36,051 nt of DNA. Source: a virus (lineage: Duplodnaviria > Heunggongvirae > Uroviricota > Caudoviricetes). Made by a program: the position numbers and the translations under genes. Positions 18,161 through 27,432 of the stretch are shown piece after piece. Below the pieces are notes generated by a model. It did no database searches. It saw only the letters and a program-made list of their open reading frames with translations, and was not told the DNA's origin. The stretch lies in IMG/VR virus record IMGVR_UViG_2579778871_000005; one strand, 5' to 3'. How positions within the stretch are numbered: position 1 is the stretch's first letter; every line of letters starts with the position of its first letter.

Positions 18161-18338
18161 ATTCCCTCCGTAGTACGTCAGGGAATAGCTTTATAAAAAC
18201 GGGCGAAAATCGCTTTTAAAGCGCTTTAATCACTGCGGGGAAGTAGAGGATAAAAAGCGGGGCGTAAAGGGCTTTATAAATCTTTATAAAGCGGGTCAGG
18301 CGATCAGACCGGGCATTCGCCCGGCCTGGAGAAACATC
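18161..18338 (-). promoter_or_regulatory. Candidate late promoter/activator-binding region upstream of the protease-capsid operon
   Basis: Only sizeable gap in the head cluster; five copies of a GCTTTWWAA-type motif (CTTTATAAA at 18189-18197, 18272-18280, 18282-18290; related copies near 18212-18230) plus palindrome TTAAAGCGCTTTAA; GGAGGG ribosome-binding site before the ATG at 18160 on the minus strand. Confidence 0.4.
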
Positions 18339-18788
18339 TTATCTACGTGCCGCTGATTCGAGATGACGCAGAATAGTATCTAAAACCGACAGTTTGGCCT
18401 CGACAGACAGCTCACCCTGTTCATCAACCGGCAGATAGGGGCGAGCGGGTAGCGTTACAGCGCGTTTACGTCCAGCCTTACCACCTTTCTGGTGAATGGC
18501 CGCATAAGCCAGGTTGCTACCAATAGCAACATGCGATTCTCCGTAATCGGTGGTGACGGATCTCGCCAGATGCCCGCTATCCTGGAGAGTCTGACCACCG
18601 CGTGCCTGCGCTGCCAGTGAGGGGGGCCACGGTGGGTTACCCTCATCTTCGAAGTTGTACTGCGTCTCTGCCAGCAATGCCCCGGCTATTTTACGCATCG
18701 CAGGGGTTAAATCCTGACAGGACATTTCCAGGCTATGTAAGGCGCTCTGTAGAGCGCGGTCATCAAAACTGATGGCATTCATCGTCAT
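18339..18788 (-). CDS. Virion morphogenesis protein, Mu G-like
   Basis: 149-aa ORF downstream of the F-like gene with coupled start/stop; size and position as Mu G. Confidence 0.55.
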   Translation of the reverse strand: MTMNAISFDDRALQSALHSLEMSCQDLTPAMRKIAGALLAETQYNFEDEGNPPWPPSLAAQARGGQTLQDSGHLARSVTTDYGESHVAIGSNLAYAAIHQKGGKAGRKRAVTLPARPYLPVDEQGELSVEAKLSVLDTILRHLESAARR

Positions 18789-19603
18789 GGTACTAATTCC
18801 TGTTGTGCCAGTGCCGCCAAATCGCCGCCATATTTTGCCAGATCCGGGCGATATGCCGCGCCCGGAGAATAACTCCAGCCAATGTCGGGACTGACTACAA
18901 TCCCGGTTGGTGTAACAAAGGCCGCTACCGAGTCTATAGCCATATCAGAAACACGTTTTGCAATATACCCCAGCGAGTCCCCTGAACTGGTCACAGTAAC
19001 TTTCCTCCGGGTAATATCACGCTCGCTCATCGCCACGACTGAACAACGACAACCCCAACCATTGGGCGGATAGAATGCCTCCCAAAAGGGATCGTCGTAG
19101 CGCATGACTGTGCCGTGCAGTGCCTCATGAGTCTTACGGGTACGGTTATCCTGTATAGCGGTATATTTCCAGTAGGGGCGATCATCAACGTTTTCCATCT
19201 GTTCAGCCCAGCGCCCGGCACTGTAAACAACCGTCATATTGGTGCGGTAGATAGTGTCGAGCCGCCATGTGCTGCCTTGCTGGATGATGGTCACTTCCCC
19301 GGTGTCCGGGTCGGTGATTTCTTTCTCGCCCCACCAACCTTTCTCTTTCAGCACAGGTTCAAGTTCCTTACGAAACCATGCCGCCGTCCTGCCTTCGTCC
19401 AGTGCCTGCTGTAACTTACGGCGGATATCTTCCAGTATGTCCAGCCGGGTAACTTTAGCGACGGTAAAAGCGCGGGCGTGCTCTTCCTCCCACACATCAC
19501 GCCAGTCATGCGACAGGACGTATCCCTTCGACTCCAGATAGCCAATCGCCCTCTCTGGCGGGAGCGTCAAACTATACGCCAGCTCACTGCTCGTCACGCT
19601 CAT
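18785..19603 (-). CDS. Head morphogenesis protein, Mu F (gp30)-like
   Basis: ORF 18785..19630 (first codon TTG); likely ATG at 19603 (MSVTSSELAY...); follows the portal gene as in Mu; contains ..GWGCRCSV.. near the C-terminus. Confidence 0.7.
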   Translation of the reverse strand: MSVTSSELAYSLTLPPERAIGYLESKGYVLSHDWRDVWEEEHARAFTVAKVTRLDILEDIRRKLQQALDEGRTAAWFRKELEPVLKEKGWWGEKEITDPDTGEVTIIQQGSTWRLDTIYRTNMTVVYSAGRWAEQMENVDDRPYWKYTAIQDNRTRKTHEALHGTVMRYDDPFWEAFYPPNGWGCRCSVVAMSERDITRRKVTVTSSGDSLGYIAKRVSDMAIDSVAAFVTPTGIVVSPDIGWSYSPGAAYRPDLAKYGGDLAALAQQELVP

Positions 19604-21062
19604 TGAGCCGCCCCCAGATATTCGCCACAAACAACAGACGCGCCAGCCGTTCTGTCAGGTCGTCGGTGTTCATCTGCGGGTACAGCTCCGCCAGTTCGCC
19701 CATCAACACCGCTGGCGCGACGCCGTTTTGTACCCGCGCAAACAATGGAGCCAGCACCGGCGTCAGCGTATCGTCCAGCTTGCCATTGGTCATCAGTTCA
19801 TCCAGCGCCGCATCCAGCAGTTCCTGCGCAGCAACATCGGCGGCTACTGCCTCAGCAAATGCCACCGGCGCAGGTGACGGGGTTTCGTCGATATCGCCAT
19901 CCTGTAACTGATACTCGCGCTTCCAGTACTGTGGGGTGAACTTGACGCCTGACTGCGACAGTTTCTGGTCGCGTCCGGCCTGCACTTCATCAACCGTTTT
20001 CTGCTCCCACATACGGAACACAGGGCAGTCCACCGCACCGAAGTTCAGTTCCACAATCCAGCGGATAAGCTGGTTAAACGCGCTGGTTACAATGGATGCA
20101 TCACCGTCACGGATATCATCCGTCACCTCCAGCCCGGCCTGCGCCGATGCTTTGTTGGCGCTGGCTTCAGTGGTCTGATTCTGCCCCAGCAGCGCAATAG
20201 AAATCTCACCGCGCGACAGGGTGATCAGATTCTGATAAATATCGCTGGAATCCGCTTTGCCCGCCGCCTCTTTGATATCTACAGAAGAATCGTCCGGGAT
20301 AGCGGCCACCGCATCCTCAATCATCGCCTCCAGAGAATCCAGCAACTGGTTAATCTCGCCCTGCGACGTACCGCGCGGATGCTTGCCAACAACCCACGGC
20401 GAGCCGTACTTCTCGGCAAAGCGCACCCAGAACTTCATGCCACCTTTCTTGAAGGTGACGGGCCAGAAGCACATCGACAGATCCGGGAAGCCATACGGGT
20501 TATCGTAGGTCGCATCCTGACGCGGCAGCAGGAATTTATACGGCGGCGTCAGCTCGCCCTCCAGGCCTGCATTGCGGGCGCGAAAGCGCAGGCGGTTTTC
20601 CATATCGAACTGAAACCATTCCGGGGGCTTGCCCACAACATCGGTCACGGCCCACGATTTGCCGTCGCGTGACCACATCAGTTCACACGGCTGATAGCCG
20701 TAGAGCACAGCGTCGGTCATCTCGCCCGTAATGCGTGAAATATCCAGATCATCAAACAGATCACGCACAAAGCGGAACACCCGCGCCGTGGCATTGCCAC
20801 GTTCGACGCCGTTCTCCAGCGCCTTCACCGCCGCCTTGCGCCGACGAATACAGCCGCCGACCAGCGGATCAGAACGCAGTTCGCGGTAGATCTTAATATC
20901 GCGCCCTTGTGCTTTGAGGATAGGATCGGGATTGGGCAGGTACATCCCCAGCCCGTAGAAATCAATGGAGCGCGAACGAACGGCGATTTGATCCGACAGA
21001 CTTTTGGTCGTCTCGCTGAATGAAACGAACTCGGTGGGGGTAACGTAAATTCCGCGTGGCAT
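19584..21062 (-). CDS. Portal protein, Mu gp29-like
   Basis: 492-aa ORF immediately after the large terminase gene with overlapping start/stop. Confidence 0.8.
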   Translation of the reverse strand: MPRGIYVTPTEFVSFSETTKSLSDQIAVRSRSIDFYGLGMYLPNPDPILKAQGRDIKIYRELRSDPLVGGCIRRRKAAVKALENGVERGNATARVFRFVRDLFDDLDISRITGEMTDAVLYGYQPCELMWSRDGKSWAVTDVVGKPPEWFQFDMENRLRFRARNAGLEGELTPPYKFLLPRQDATYDNPYGFPDLSMCFWPVTFKKGGMKFWVRFAEKYGSPWVVGKHPRGTSQGEINQLLDSLEAMIEDAVAAIPDDSSVDIKEAAGKADSSDIYQNLITLSRGEISIALLGQNQTTEASANKASAQAGLEVTDDIRDGDASIVTSAFNQLIRWIVELNFGAVDCPVFRMWEQKTVDEVQAGRDQKLSQSGVKFTPQYWKREYQLQDGDIDETPSPAPVAFAEAVAADVAAQELLDAALDELMTNGKLDDTLTPVLAPLFARVQNGVAPAVLMGELAELYPQMNTDDLTERLARLLFVANIWGRLNERDEQ

Positions 21063-22378
21063 TAATAGCCCTCCAGCAGACGCACCGACGAACGACGGCG
21101 GCGCGAGTTAACGGTGACAGGCCCGGACGGGCCATCGGAGGCGTTGACCGCCAGAAAACAAGCCCATGTCTGATCCGCATGACCGCTGCTGTCGCTCTCG
21201 GCCACAAAACGCGGTACACCGGTTGGCCCGGTAATCTTTTGCAGTTTATGTAGATCGCCACGTAACGCCTGATCACCCAGCGGAATACGGATATGCCGAT
21301 CCTGAAAGACTTCTTTACCGCGCGTGGCCAGCGTCAGCTTACTGGCCGCACTAAATATCACACCCTCAACCCGGCTGCTGCCGTGGCGGTACTTCGCATC
21401 TTCCACCGGCTTTTCGCCCATCCCGGTCTGATCCATACAGCAACGCAGTACCCGATAGCGGAAAAATACATCATCCAGCAGCGCGTCCTGTTCGGCGAAA
21501 GTGGCGCGCTTACGGAGAATAATTTCCCGCGTCCAGTAAACGTCGCCCACCTGTTCCAGCACCCAGATAACAAACAGGTCGTGACGAATGCCGATATCGA
21601 CACCGACAAAGCACGGGCCACCGCTGTAGTGTTCCGGCAGTCCGGCATGGTCATGCTCCACGCCGTCAATCAGTTCAAAGGAGAGCCACGCACTGGCCTC
21701 ATCCAGCCACTGCAATTCAAACTCCTGCGCCCAGGCGTCATCGTCATTGAGCGCTAGTCGCATCTCTTCCACATTACGCGGCAGACCGCCGCGTACCGCC
21801 TGGTGAATATCCACGGTATGCCGCGACCAGATATCCGCCAGCTTTTTGTCGGTCATCAGTTCGTAGAATTTATTGCCCTTACCGTTAGGCGTGGAGGTGA
21901 TGCGCAGCTTCCAGCCGTTGGAGATCACCGGAAACAGCGCCGCCCAGATTTTGCGGCTGTCGGCGTGGAAGGCAAACTCATCAAGATACACGTTGGCAGA
22001 GAAACCACGCGCAGTATCCGGGTTGGCAGGCAGCGCGGTGATGCGTGAACCGCCCGGTAAGACTGCCTCCAGTTTGGTATAACGCTCGCCGGAATCGCCT
22101 TTCAGTTCGCCTTCAATAACCTGAATCGCCATATTGTAGGCGCGGCAGTGTTTGATCACGCCTTCTTCCATCGCTTCCCGCGCCTGGCGCTCGCCGCGCG
22201 ACAAAATCACCCAGCGGGCGCGACCTCCGGCTACCTCGGTTTCAAAGGAATCGTCCACCAGTTCCAGCGTGGTGGTGAAGGTTTTCCCGGTCTGGCGGGC
22301 GAACATCCCAATCTTGAATCTGGCCCGGTCCATAAACCACGCCTTCTGGTAGTCATGCAGTTCAATGGCGGCGCTCAT
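21062..22378 (-). CDS. Terminase large subunit, Mu gp28-like
   Basis: 438-aa ORF with Walker A-like motif (..MFARQTGKTF..) near the N-terminus and nuclease-sized C-terminal half; follows the small terminase-like gene. Confidence 0.85.
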   Translation of the reverse strand: MSAAIELHDYQKAWFMDRARFKIGMFARQTGKTFTTTLELVDDSFETEVAGGRARWVILSRGERQAREAMEEGVIKHCRAYNMAIQVIEGELKGDSGERYTKLEAVLPGGSRITALPANPDTARGFSANVYLDEFAFHADSRKIWAALFPVISNGWKLRITSTPNGKGNKFYELMTDKKLADIWSRHTVDIHQAVRGGLPRNVEEMRLALNDDDAWAQEFELQWLDEASAWLSFELIDGVEHDHAGLPEHYSGGPCFVGVDIGIRHDLFVIWVLEQVGDVYWTREIILRKRATFAEQDALLDDVFFRYRVLRCCMDQTGMGEKPVEDAKYRHGSSRVEGVIFSAASKLTLATRGKEVFQDRHIRIPLGDQALRGDLHKLQKITGPTGVPRFVAESDSSGHADQTWACFLAVNASDGPSGPVTVNSRRRRSSVRLLEGY

Positions 22379-22926
22379 TTGACGATCCCGTAGATTTCCT
22401 CGCGCACCCGGCGCAACGTTTCTGCGTCAATGCGCCCGGAGCCGGATTTCGATTCGGCCTCCAGCGAGTCCATTTTCGCGGCAATTTTCTCGCGCAGCTC
22501 CTGCTGAAACTTCTTCAGGTTGACGCTGGCGCGGCTCAACGTCGCCACGTTCTTTGCCACCTTCGACAGCAGCGCCACACGCTCCTGCGGGTCAATCTCG
22601 CCGACCTCCGCCTCCTGTAACTGGACGATGGACTCAAACAATTCAGTCTGGATCAGCGCAATCACCGCCTCCGAACGGGCGTCCTGATCGTCGGCGGCTC
22701 CTTCCGTCAGCATCCGCGCCGCTTCGGTAGCCGCGCGGATGGCAGTAAAGCGGCGCTCAATCTTCTGGCCGTAACGGTGAATGGCGCTGCGGCTGATAAG
22801 GTAGCCCTTATCACGCATCAGTTCTTCCAGTTCGGCATAACCGCTGAAACCACTGTCTGTCAGCGCCCGTTCCAGCCAGCGGCGCACATCCTCCGGAAGT
22901 TTGTCGATAGTGCTGCGGCGGGCCAT
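22375..22926 (-). CDS. Terminase small subunit-like protein, Mu gp27-like (DUF3486-type)
   Basis: ORF 22375..23001; ATG at 22926 gives MARRSTIDKLPEDVRRWLERALTDSGFSGYAELEELMRDKGYLISRSAIHRYGQKIE..., matching the N-terminal pattern I recall for Mu gp27-family proteins. Confidence 0.6.
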   Translation of the reverse strand: MARRSTIDKLPEDVRRWLERALTDSGFSGYAELEELMRDKGYLISRSAIHRYGQKIERRFTAIRAATEAARMLTEGAADDQDARSEAVIALIQTELFESIVQLQEAEVGEIDPQERVALLSKVAKNVATLSRASVNLKKFQQELREKIAAKMDSLEAESKSGSGRIDAETLRRVREEIYGIVK

Positions 22927-22927
22927 G

Positions 22928-23233
22928 TCATTCACTCCAGTACTTTTGCGGGCGGGCAATGCCGGGGCCACAGTCCACGGTGTACTCGACCACATCAACA
23001 CCGAGACGGGTCAAATCACCGAACCAGGTGCCGGACGGTTCCTTCACCAGTTCCACCATCCGGCGGTCAGCCAGATAGTCCAGCTCACGCCTAAGCTCCA
23101 GCGCGGTGGCATCCGGGTAAATCGCCTGCATCACCGCCAGTAAAAACCGTTCATTGCTGGTATAGGGCCGCGCCTTGTTCAGCGCCAGCATCAAATTCCA
23201 GCGCATCGACTCACGACGAATTTTATCCATCAT
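22928..23233 (-). CDS. Hypothetical protein (Mu gp26 position)
   Basis: 101-aa ORF with ATGA-type coupling to the upstream gene; no recognisable motif. Confidence 0.45.
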   Translation of the reverse strand: MMDKIRRESMRWNLMLALNKARPYTSNERFLLAVMQAIYPDATALELRRELDYLADRRMVELVKEPSGTWFGDLTRLGVDVVEYTVDCGPGIARPQKYWSE

Positions 23234-23544
23234 CTGCCACCCCCTTGCGACAGTTCGATTTTGTTATACAGCGCATCCAGTTTGGCTTCGATAACCGTCT
23301 GGCCCCGGATGTAGTCCTCGCGCCGCACGTAGTTCAATGGCATATCGGCGCGGAACTCCAGGAACTCGCGCTCCAGCCGTGACCAGCCTGACTCTGAATC
23401 TTTACGCGCCGCCTCCAGTGCCTCAAAGCGTTCATTTAGTCGCTTCTCAATCTGGGTTAACAGCATCTTACCGGCGGCAAACATTACCCCCAGAAACGAC
23501 AGCAGCATGGAAACCACTTCCCAGAAATCAACCTGCAACATCAT
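23230..23544 (-). CDS. Hypothetical membrane-anchored coiled-coil protein
   Basis: ORF 23230..23604; ATG at 23544 (MMLQVDFWEVVSMLLSFLGVMFAAG...) overlaps the Rz stop; one N-terminal hydrophobic helix. Confidence 0.45.
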   Translation of the reverse strand: MMLQVDFWEVVSMLLSFLGVMFAAGKMLLTQIEKRLNERFEALEAARKDSESGWSRLEREFLEFRADMPLNYVRREDYIRGQTVIEAKLDALYNKIELSQGGGR

Positions 23545-24111
23545 CGTGACACCTCTCTGATGTACTGCTGTAACCCATGTACCTGTGCCTTCAGTTGCTG
23601 GCACTGTTTTCCGTTGTCAGCAATGCTGGCGAGGACGTCGCGCTGGTTGATACCGGATGCGCGTAACCGGGTGTCAGCGCCCGGAACGACTGCGGCGGTT
23701 GCGCCAGCGTCGCGGGAAGCGGCGGCAATGTCCGGGGCGGACACACCGAAGGCGGCGTTGTACTGCTGCACGAAGCCGCGAGTAAACACGCAATCGACAG
23801 GGTGAGCCTTGCCGCGTTCGTCAATGTAATGATGCGTAACATCGTTAATTTTCCTTTGAAGTTCGGCGTTACGGGCGGTCAGCTCTTCCGTCCGGGTGAG
23901 ATACGTCTGTTCATGTTGGCGAATGTTAATAAGCTGCTGCTGGCTACGGTTCATCTCTTCCTGCAAAGCCCGCTGGCTGGCCTCAGCCTGCTGTTTTTGC
24001 AGGCGCAGGCATTCGGTCTGTGCCTTCTCATAGCCCGCCTTATGACCTTGCAGCCAGGCGAAATACCCACCCAATGCAAAGGCAAGCGTGATGGCTAACC
24101 CTTTATTGAAC
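23541..24111 (-). CDS. Rz-like inner-membrane spanin (i-spanin)
   Basis: ORF 23541..24215; probable GTG start at 24111 preceded by GGGGAGGGG; product has an N-terminal TM helix (LAITLAFALGGYFAWL) then a long coiled coil; directly downstream of the transglycosylase. Confidence 0.6.
23591..23842 (-). CDS. Rz1-like outer-membrane lipoprotein spanin (o-spanin), embedded out of frame in Rz
   Basis: 83-aa ORF wholly inside the Rz gene in another frame; lipobox-like LLAASC followed by a Pro-rich segment (TTPPSVCPPRTLPPLPATLAQPP), the hallmark of embedded Rz1 genes. Confidence 0.55.
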   Translation of the reverse strand: MLRIITLTNAARLTLSIACLLAASCSSTTPPSVCPPRTLPPLPATLAQPPQSFRALTPGYAHPVSTSATSSPALLTTENSASN

Positions 24112-24837
24112 ACAGGTAGCCCCTCCCCATGACAGGTAGCGCGGTGCGTTCTGGTAGAGGATGCGCTGCGGATAACCCCGGTTCTCGCGCCAGTTCGCCG
24201 CACTACGCCCGGCATTGACCGTGGCTACAACATCGAACCAGACGCCTGCATCCAGCCCGCGCTGCGTCGCCAGCTTCTTGTCGCGGTTAACCCAGCCTAA
24301 GCCGCCGTTATAGGCGCTTAAGGTGAATGCCATCCGCTGGCAACCATCGCGGGCGCTGACGCGCTGCCACAACCACAGGTCGTATTGCACCAGCGCCCGG
24401 ATGGCCCACGACGGGTTAAACGGTTCGCGGGCGCGGAGTTCGGGAAACAGTTGGCTGATCCAGTCGCTGGTGGAGGGCATAAACTGCGCCATCCCCTGTG
24501 CGCCAACGGGCGAGCGGGCAGAAGGGTTCCAGCCGGATTCCTGCTGGAACTGCCCGGCGAAATCCGCCACCGGCGCATCCATACCCCACACAGCGCGGGC
24601 GTTGCGAACCAGTTCAGCGCGGTAGGGTTTGGCGGCGGCGGGTGGTTCGGCAGCGTTAGCCTGGCTGAAAAAGCCGCCGCACCAGAGCAGCCAGCCTGCA
24701 ATCAGTACCGCCAGCGACTGATACCAGAAATTGTGTTTATCGGTGCGTGGTTGCCCGTGACGCGCCAGCGCCATTCCCATCCCCAGCAGTGCCGCCACAG
24801 ACCAGACAACCTGCGGCCAGTACATATGCAGCGTCAT
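24103..24837 (-). CDS. Lytic transglycosylase endolysin with N-terminal hydrophobic anchor
   Basis: ORF 24103..24867; ATG at 24837 (MTLHMYWPQVVWSVAALLGMGMALA...); contains a transglycosylase-like motif with catalytic Glu (..FAGQFQQESGWNPSARSPVGAQGMAQFMP..); two N-terminal hydrophobic segments. Confidence 0.75.
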   Translation of the reverse strand: MTLHMYWPQVVWSVAALLGMGMALARHGQPRTDKHNFWYQSLAVLIAGWLLWCGGFFSQANAAEPPAAAKPYRAELVRNARAVWGMDAPVADFAGQFQQESGWNPSARSPVGAQGMAQFMPSTSDWISQLFPELRAREPFNPSWAIRALVQYDLWLWQRVSARDGCQRMAFTLSAYNGGLGWVNRDKKLATQRGLDAGVWFDVVATVNAGRSAANWRENRGYPQRILYQNAPRYLSWGGATCVQ

Positions 24838-24839
24838 GG

Positions 24840-25130
24840 CTACAGCCCCATCGCCACGGACAGACACACCGCCGCGACAATCACGGCCCGGCGTAGCATC
24901 GCGGCGGAAAAGAGACGTTGTTCATCTTCCGCTGACTGAAAATAATTGGGCCGCGCATAGGGAAACAGGCTGCGATCCAGCCAGTAACCCAGCACCGCCG
25001 CCAGTGAAATCAGGCTTAGTTTGTAGATGACAACCGGGAGTTGCTGCGGGGAAATCAGGGCAATCAGTGCGAACAGCACCACCGATGCCACCAGCCAGCC
25101 GGATAAACGCGGGAAAAGAGAATTTTTCAT
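24840..25130 (-). CDS. Holin candidate (small protein with three hydrophobic segments)
   Basis: ORF 24840..25142; ATG at 25130 preceded by GGAGG; 96 aa; directly upstream of and abutting the endolysin gene. Confidence 0.5.
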   Translation of the reverse strand: MKNSLFPRLSGWLVASVVLFALIALISPQQLPVVIYKLSLISLAAVLGYWLDRSLFPYARPNYFQSAEDEQRLFSAAMLRRAVIVAAVCLSVAMGL

Positions 25131-25195
25131 AAGTGCCTCCATTGGGTGATGAAGGCAGTGTGGGGGATGGCTGGCAGGAAGGCTTTTAAAGGGGT

Positions 25196-26404
25196 TTAAG
25201 GAGTGGGCTTATTGCTCAAGTGATGCCACCATGACATCACTTTTGTAACCAAGGTATTCCATGTTTCAGGGTATGTGCAGTATAGGTAAATTAATCCTGT
25301 CGATATAATAGCGACAACAAGGAACATAATGATAAACCAGAACGCAATAACCTGACGGCAAAGACGTTTACGTACAGAGCAAAAGATACTATCAATGTCA
25401 TTTTTTATTGATGCATACTTTTTATCAACCTGAGTCTTTTTATGTCGAAGTTCTTCTTTGATAGCGGTTAACGTCTGTAACTGGTTGAACAAAGTCAACA
25501 TAACCAACGTAGCAAAAACAAAGGCCCCTAAAAAAACTGCGCTATTGATAATGGTTTGATAGACATCACCACTTGCTTTCTTGATTTGTGTCGCGACGAT
25601 AATGGTTGCGACTGGGATACCCAGTATCTGGTTTTGGATATCTGAAAAGACTTTGTGGATACGTCCCATTTCTTCAACTTTGGCGGTTCTAAGTTCATCC
25701 AGAACCTTTTCGTATGAGAACCCAGAAGTGAAGAGGCGATAACCCTTATCGAACTCAACTTTTAATTTTTCAATGTTCTTCAGTGCATACTCAAAGACTT
25801 TATTGTTTTCCGTTTCCTGACCGATTAACTGGATGCTTTCAATTAAAAGGGAGAGTTTCTGCTCTTTGTGTGTGTCGTCAGAAAACTGCTGAATGAGTTC
25901 ATCGAGTGTCGTTTTATCAAGATTTTCTACGGTTTCTGCACTGTAACGTATAGGTAATTTAAATACATCGGCACGGAAAAAAACGCATTCATATGCTCTG
26001 GTATCAAAGTATGCCGACTTTTCTTTAAGCAGGCGCAGAAATGTTAAGATAGTGCGGTAGTTTTCAATTACGGATGTTGGCGCATCCGAACTATAAAATT
26101 GGCTGTCGATCAGGTAGTATCGGGAAGGTTCCTCGCTTTGGTGTTTTGGCGACTTTAACAAAGCCGCCAAATTACGGCATAGCAGACCTAGCTTTGTCTT
26201 TGGGGCGTTCACAAATAGCGACACCTGCTGACCAGGTTCTACTTCGCCTTGTGCCAGAGAGATCCCATATGTATCAGTGTCCTCAAGCAAGGTGTTGAGC
26301 AACTCGCAGGATTCTGGGGTAAGCACCAGCGTACCTTCGGCCATATCGTTACCGAAAGTAATCTGCCTGTACAATCCCACCAGCTGCTCAAAACTGATAC
26401 TCAC
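25196..26404 (-). CDS. Cargo protein of unknown function with ~330-aa soluble N-terminal region and two C-terminal TM helices
   Basis: 402-aa ORF; its start overlaps the stop of the NdpA-like gene (ATGA at 26401-26404); C-terminal hydrophobic helices (..TIINSAVFLGAFVFATLVMLTLF.. and ..VIAFWFIIMFLVVAIISTGLIYLY..); AT-richer than the phage backbone by eye. Confidence 0.75.
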   Translation of the reverse strand: MSISFEQLVGLYRQITFGNDMAEGTLVLTPESCELLNTLLEDTDTYGISLAQGEVEPGQQVSLFVNAPKTKLGLLCRNLAALLKSPKHQSEEPSRYYLIDSQFYSSDAPTSVIENYRTILTFLRLLKEKSAYFDTRAYECVFFRADVFKLPIRYSAETVENLDKTTLDELIQQFSDDTHKEQKLSLLIESIQLIGQETENNKVFEYALKNIEKLKVEFDKGYRLFTSGFSYEKVLDELRTAKVEEMGRIHKVFSDIQNQILGIPVATIIVATQIKKASGDVYQTIINSAVFLGAFVFATLVMLTLFNQLQTLTAIKEELRHKKTQVDKKYASIKNDIDSIFCSVRKRLCRQVIAFWFIIMFLVVAIISTGLIYLYCTYPETWNTLVTKVMSWWHHLSNKPTP

Positions 26405-27432
26405 TCCTCAACCTCATCCAGTATCTCTTCCCTGAAGCTATCAGGAATATTCCTTAGAATGATTACATCCTGATCACGATTATACTCAATTGAACCATCT
26501 ACAAGACCGACACGATCAAACTTTAGTTCCCAATAATTAGACTTTCCTTTAAAGGAAATGATTCCTTTTAGTACGCGTCCATCAGGGACAAAACCATCCG
26601 ACAGTTCCAGTTCTTGGTTGGCTAGTTTAGTCGAGAGTAGTTCTGGTTCTTGTGGCCAGACCGCATTCACAAAGGTTGTCAGATCTACAGGCTCACCATC
26701 TTTGCTCAGTTGCTTCAAATGGTCATGTGCAGTTTGCAGAAAAGCCTCTCGATGTGCGGGGTCAAGCCCTTGCTCAGTCGCAAATTCTTTCAACGCATCC
26801 CGCAATTTCTCCGTTTCACGCTTGGCGATCAAAACATCGTTACAGCCCAGGAATTGCTTAAAGTAACCAGATACAGCATTACTCCCCTTCAGGAAACTTA
26901 TATAACGTTCGGCACCTGATTGCCAGGACGTAATGTCAATACGCCCCGCCACACGTAGCTTGTCGATATCAAGGTAGACACTTTCTTGGATAGCAAAGGC
27001 ATCGTTAACCGCAGTACCCGTCGTGGGACTTAACATGGCAACTAAAATATGCTCGTGTTGATTCATCGTAATGTGGGCGAATAGAACATAGCCACCAGTA
27101 GCGAGTGGTGTTGTTTGAATTCGAGATTCCAAATGACGAATCATACGGCAGGAGCTACGGTAAAAATTATCAGGATGCTCCTGAGCTAAATAGTCTGATA
27201 CAATTGTTTGCATCGGGTAATTATCTGGGTCATCTTCAAAATGGCCATAGCCTTTCCCCATTCGCCCTGCATATTTCCCACAGATATCATCGATTAAGCG
27301 TTGTGATGCTGCGGTGACACCGCTCTCTGTTGGACTTAGCTGTAAGGATGTCACCCCATGCGGTTCTTTATCTAAAAGATGAACAACCACATGATTTACA
27401 ACGATTGCATTTGCAGGTTCATTTGCTGGCAT
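26401..27432 (-). CDS. NdpA/YejK-like nucleoid-associated protein homolog (diverged)
   Basis: ORF 26401..27483 (first codon GTG); likely ATG at 27432. Segment GGYVLFAHITMNQHEHILVAMLSP...RIDITSWQSGAERYISFLKGSNAVSGYFKQFLG aligns with E. coli YejK as I recall it ([24 protein letters not shown]...[37 protein letters not shown]). Confidence 0.65.
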   Translation of the reverse strand: MPANEPANAIVVNHVVVHLLDKEPHGVTSLQLSPTESGVTAASQRLIDDICGKYAGRMGKGYGHFEDDPDNYPMQTIVSDYLAQEHPDNFYRSSCRMIRHLESRIQTTPLATGGYVLFAHITMNQHEHILVAMLSPTTGTAVNDAFAIQESVYLDIDKLRVAGRIDITSWQSGAERYISFLKGSNAVSGYFKQFLGCNDVLIAKRETEKLRDALKEFATEQGLDPAHREAFLQTAHDHLKQLSKDGEPVDLTTFVNAVWPQEPELLSTKLANQELELSDGFVPDGRVLKGIISFKGKSNYWELKFDRVGLVDGSIEYNRDQDVIILRNIPDSFREEILDEVEE

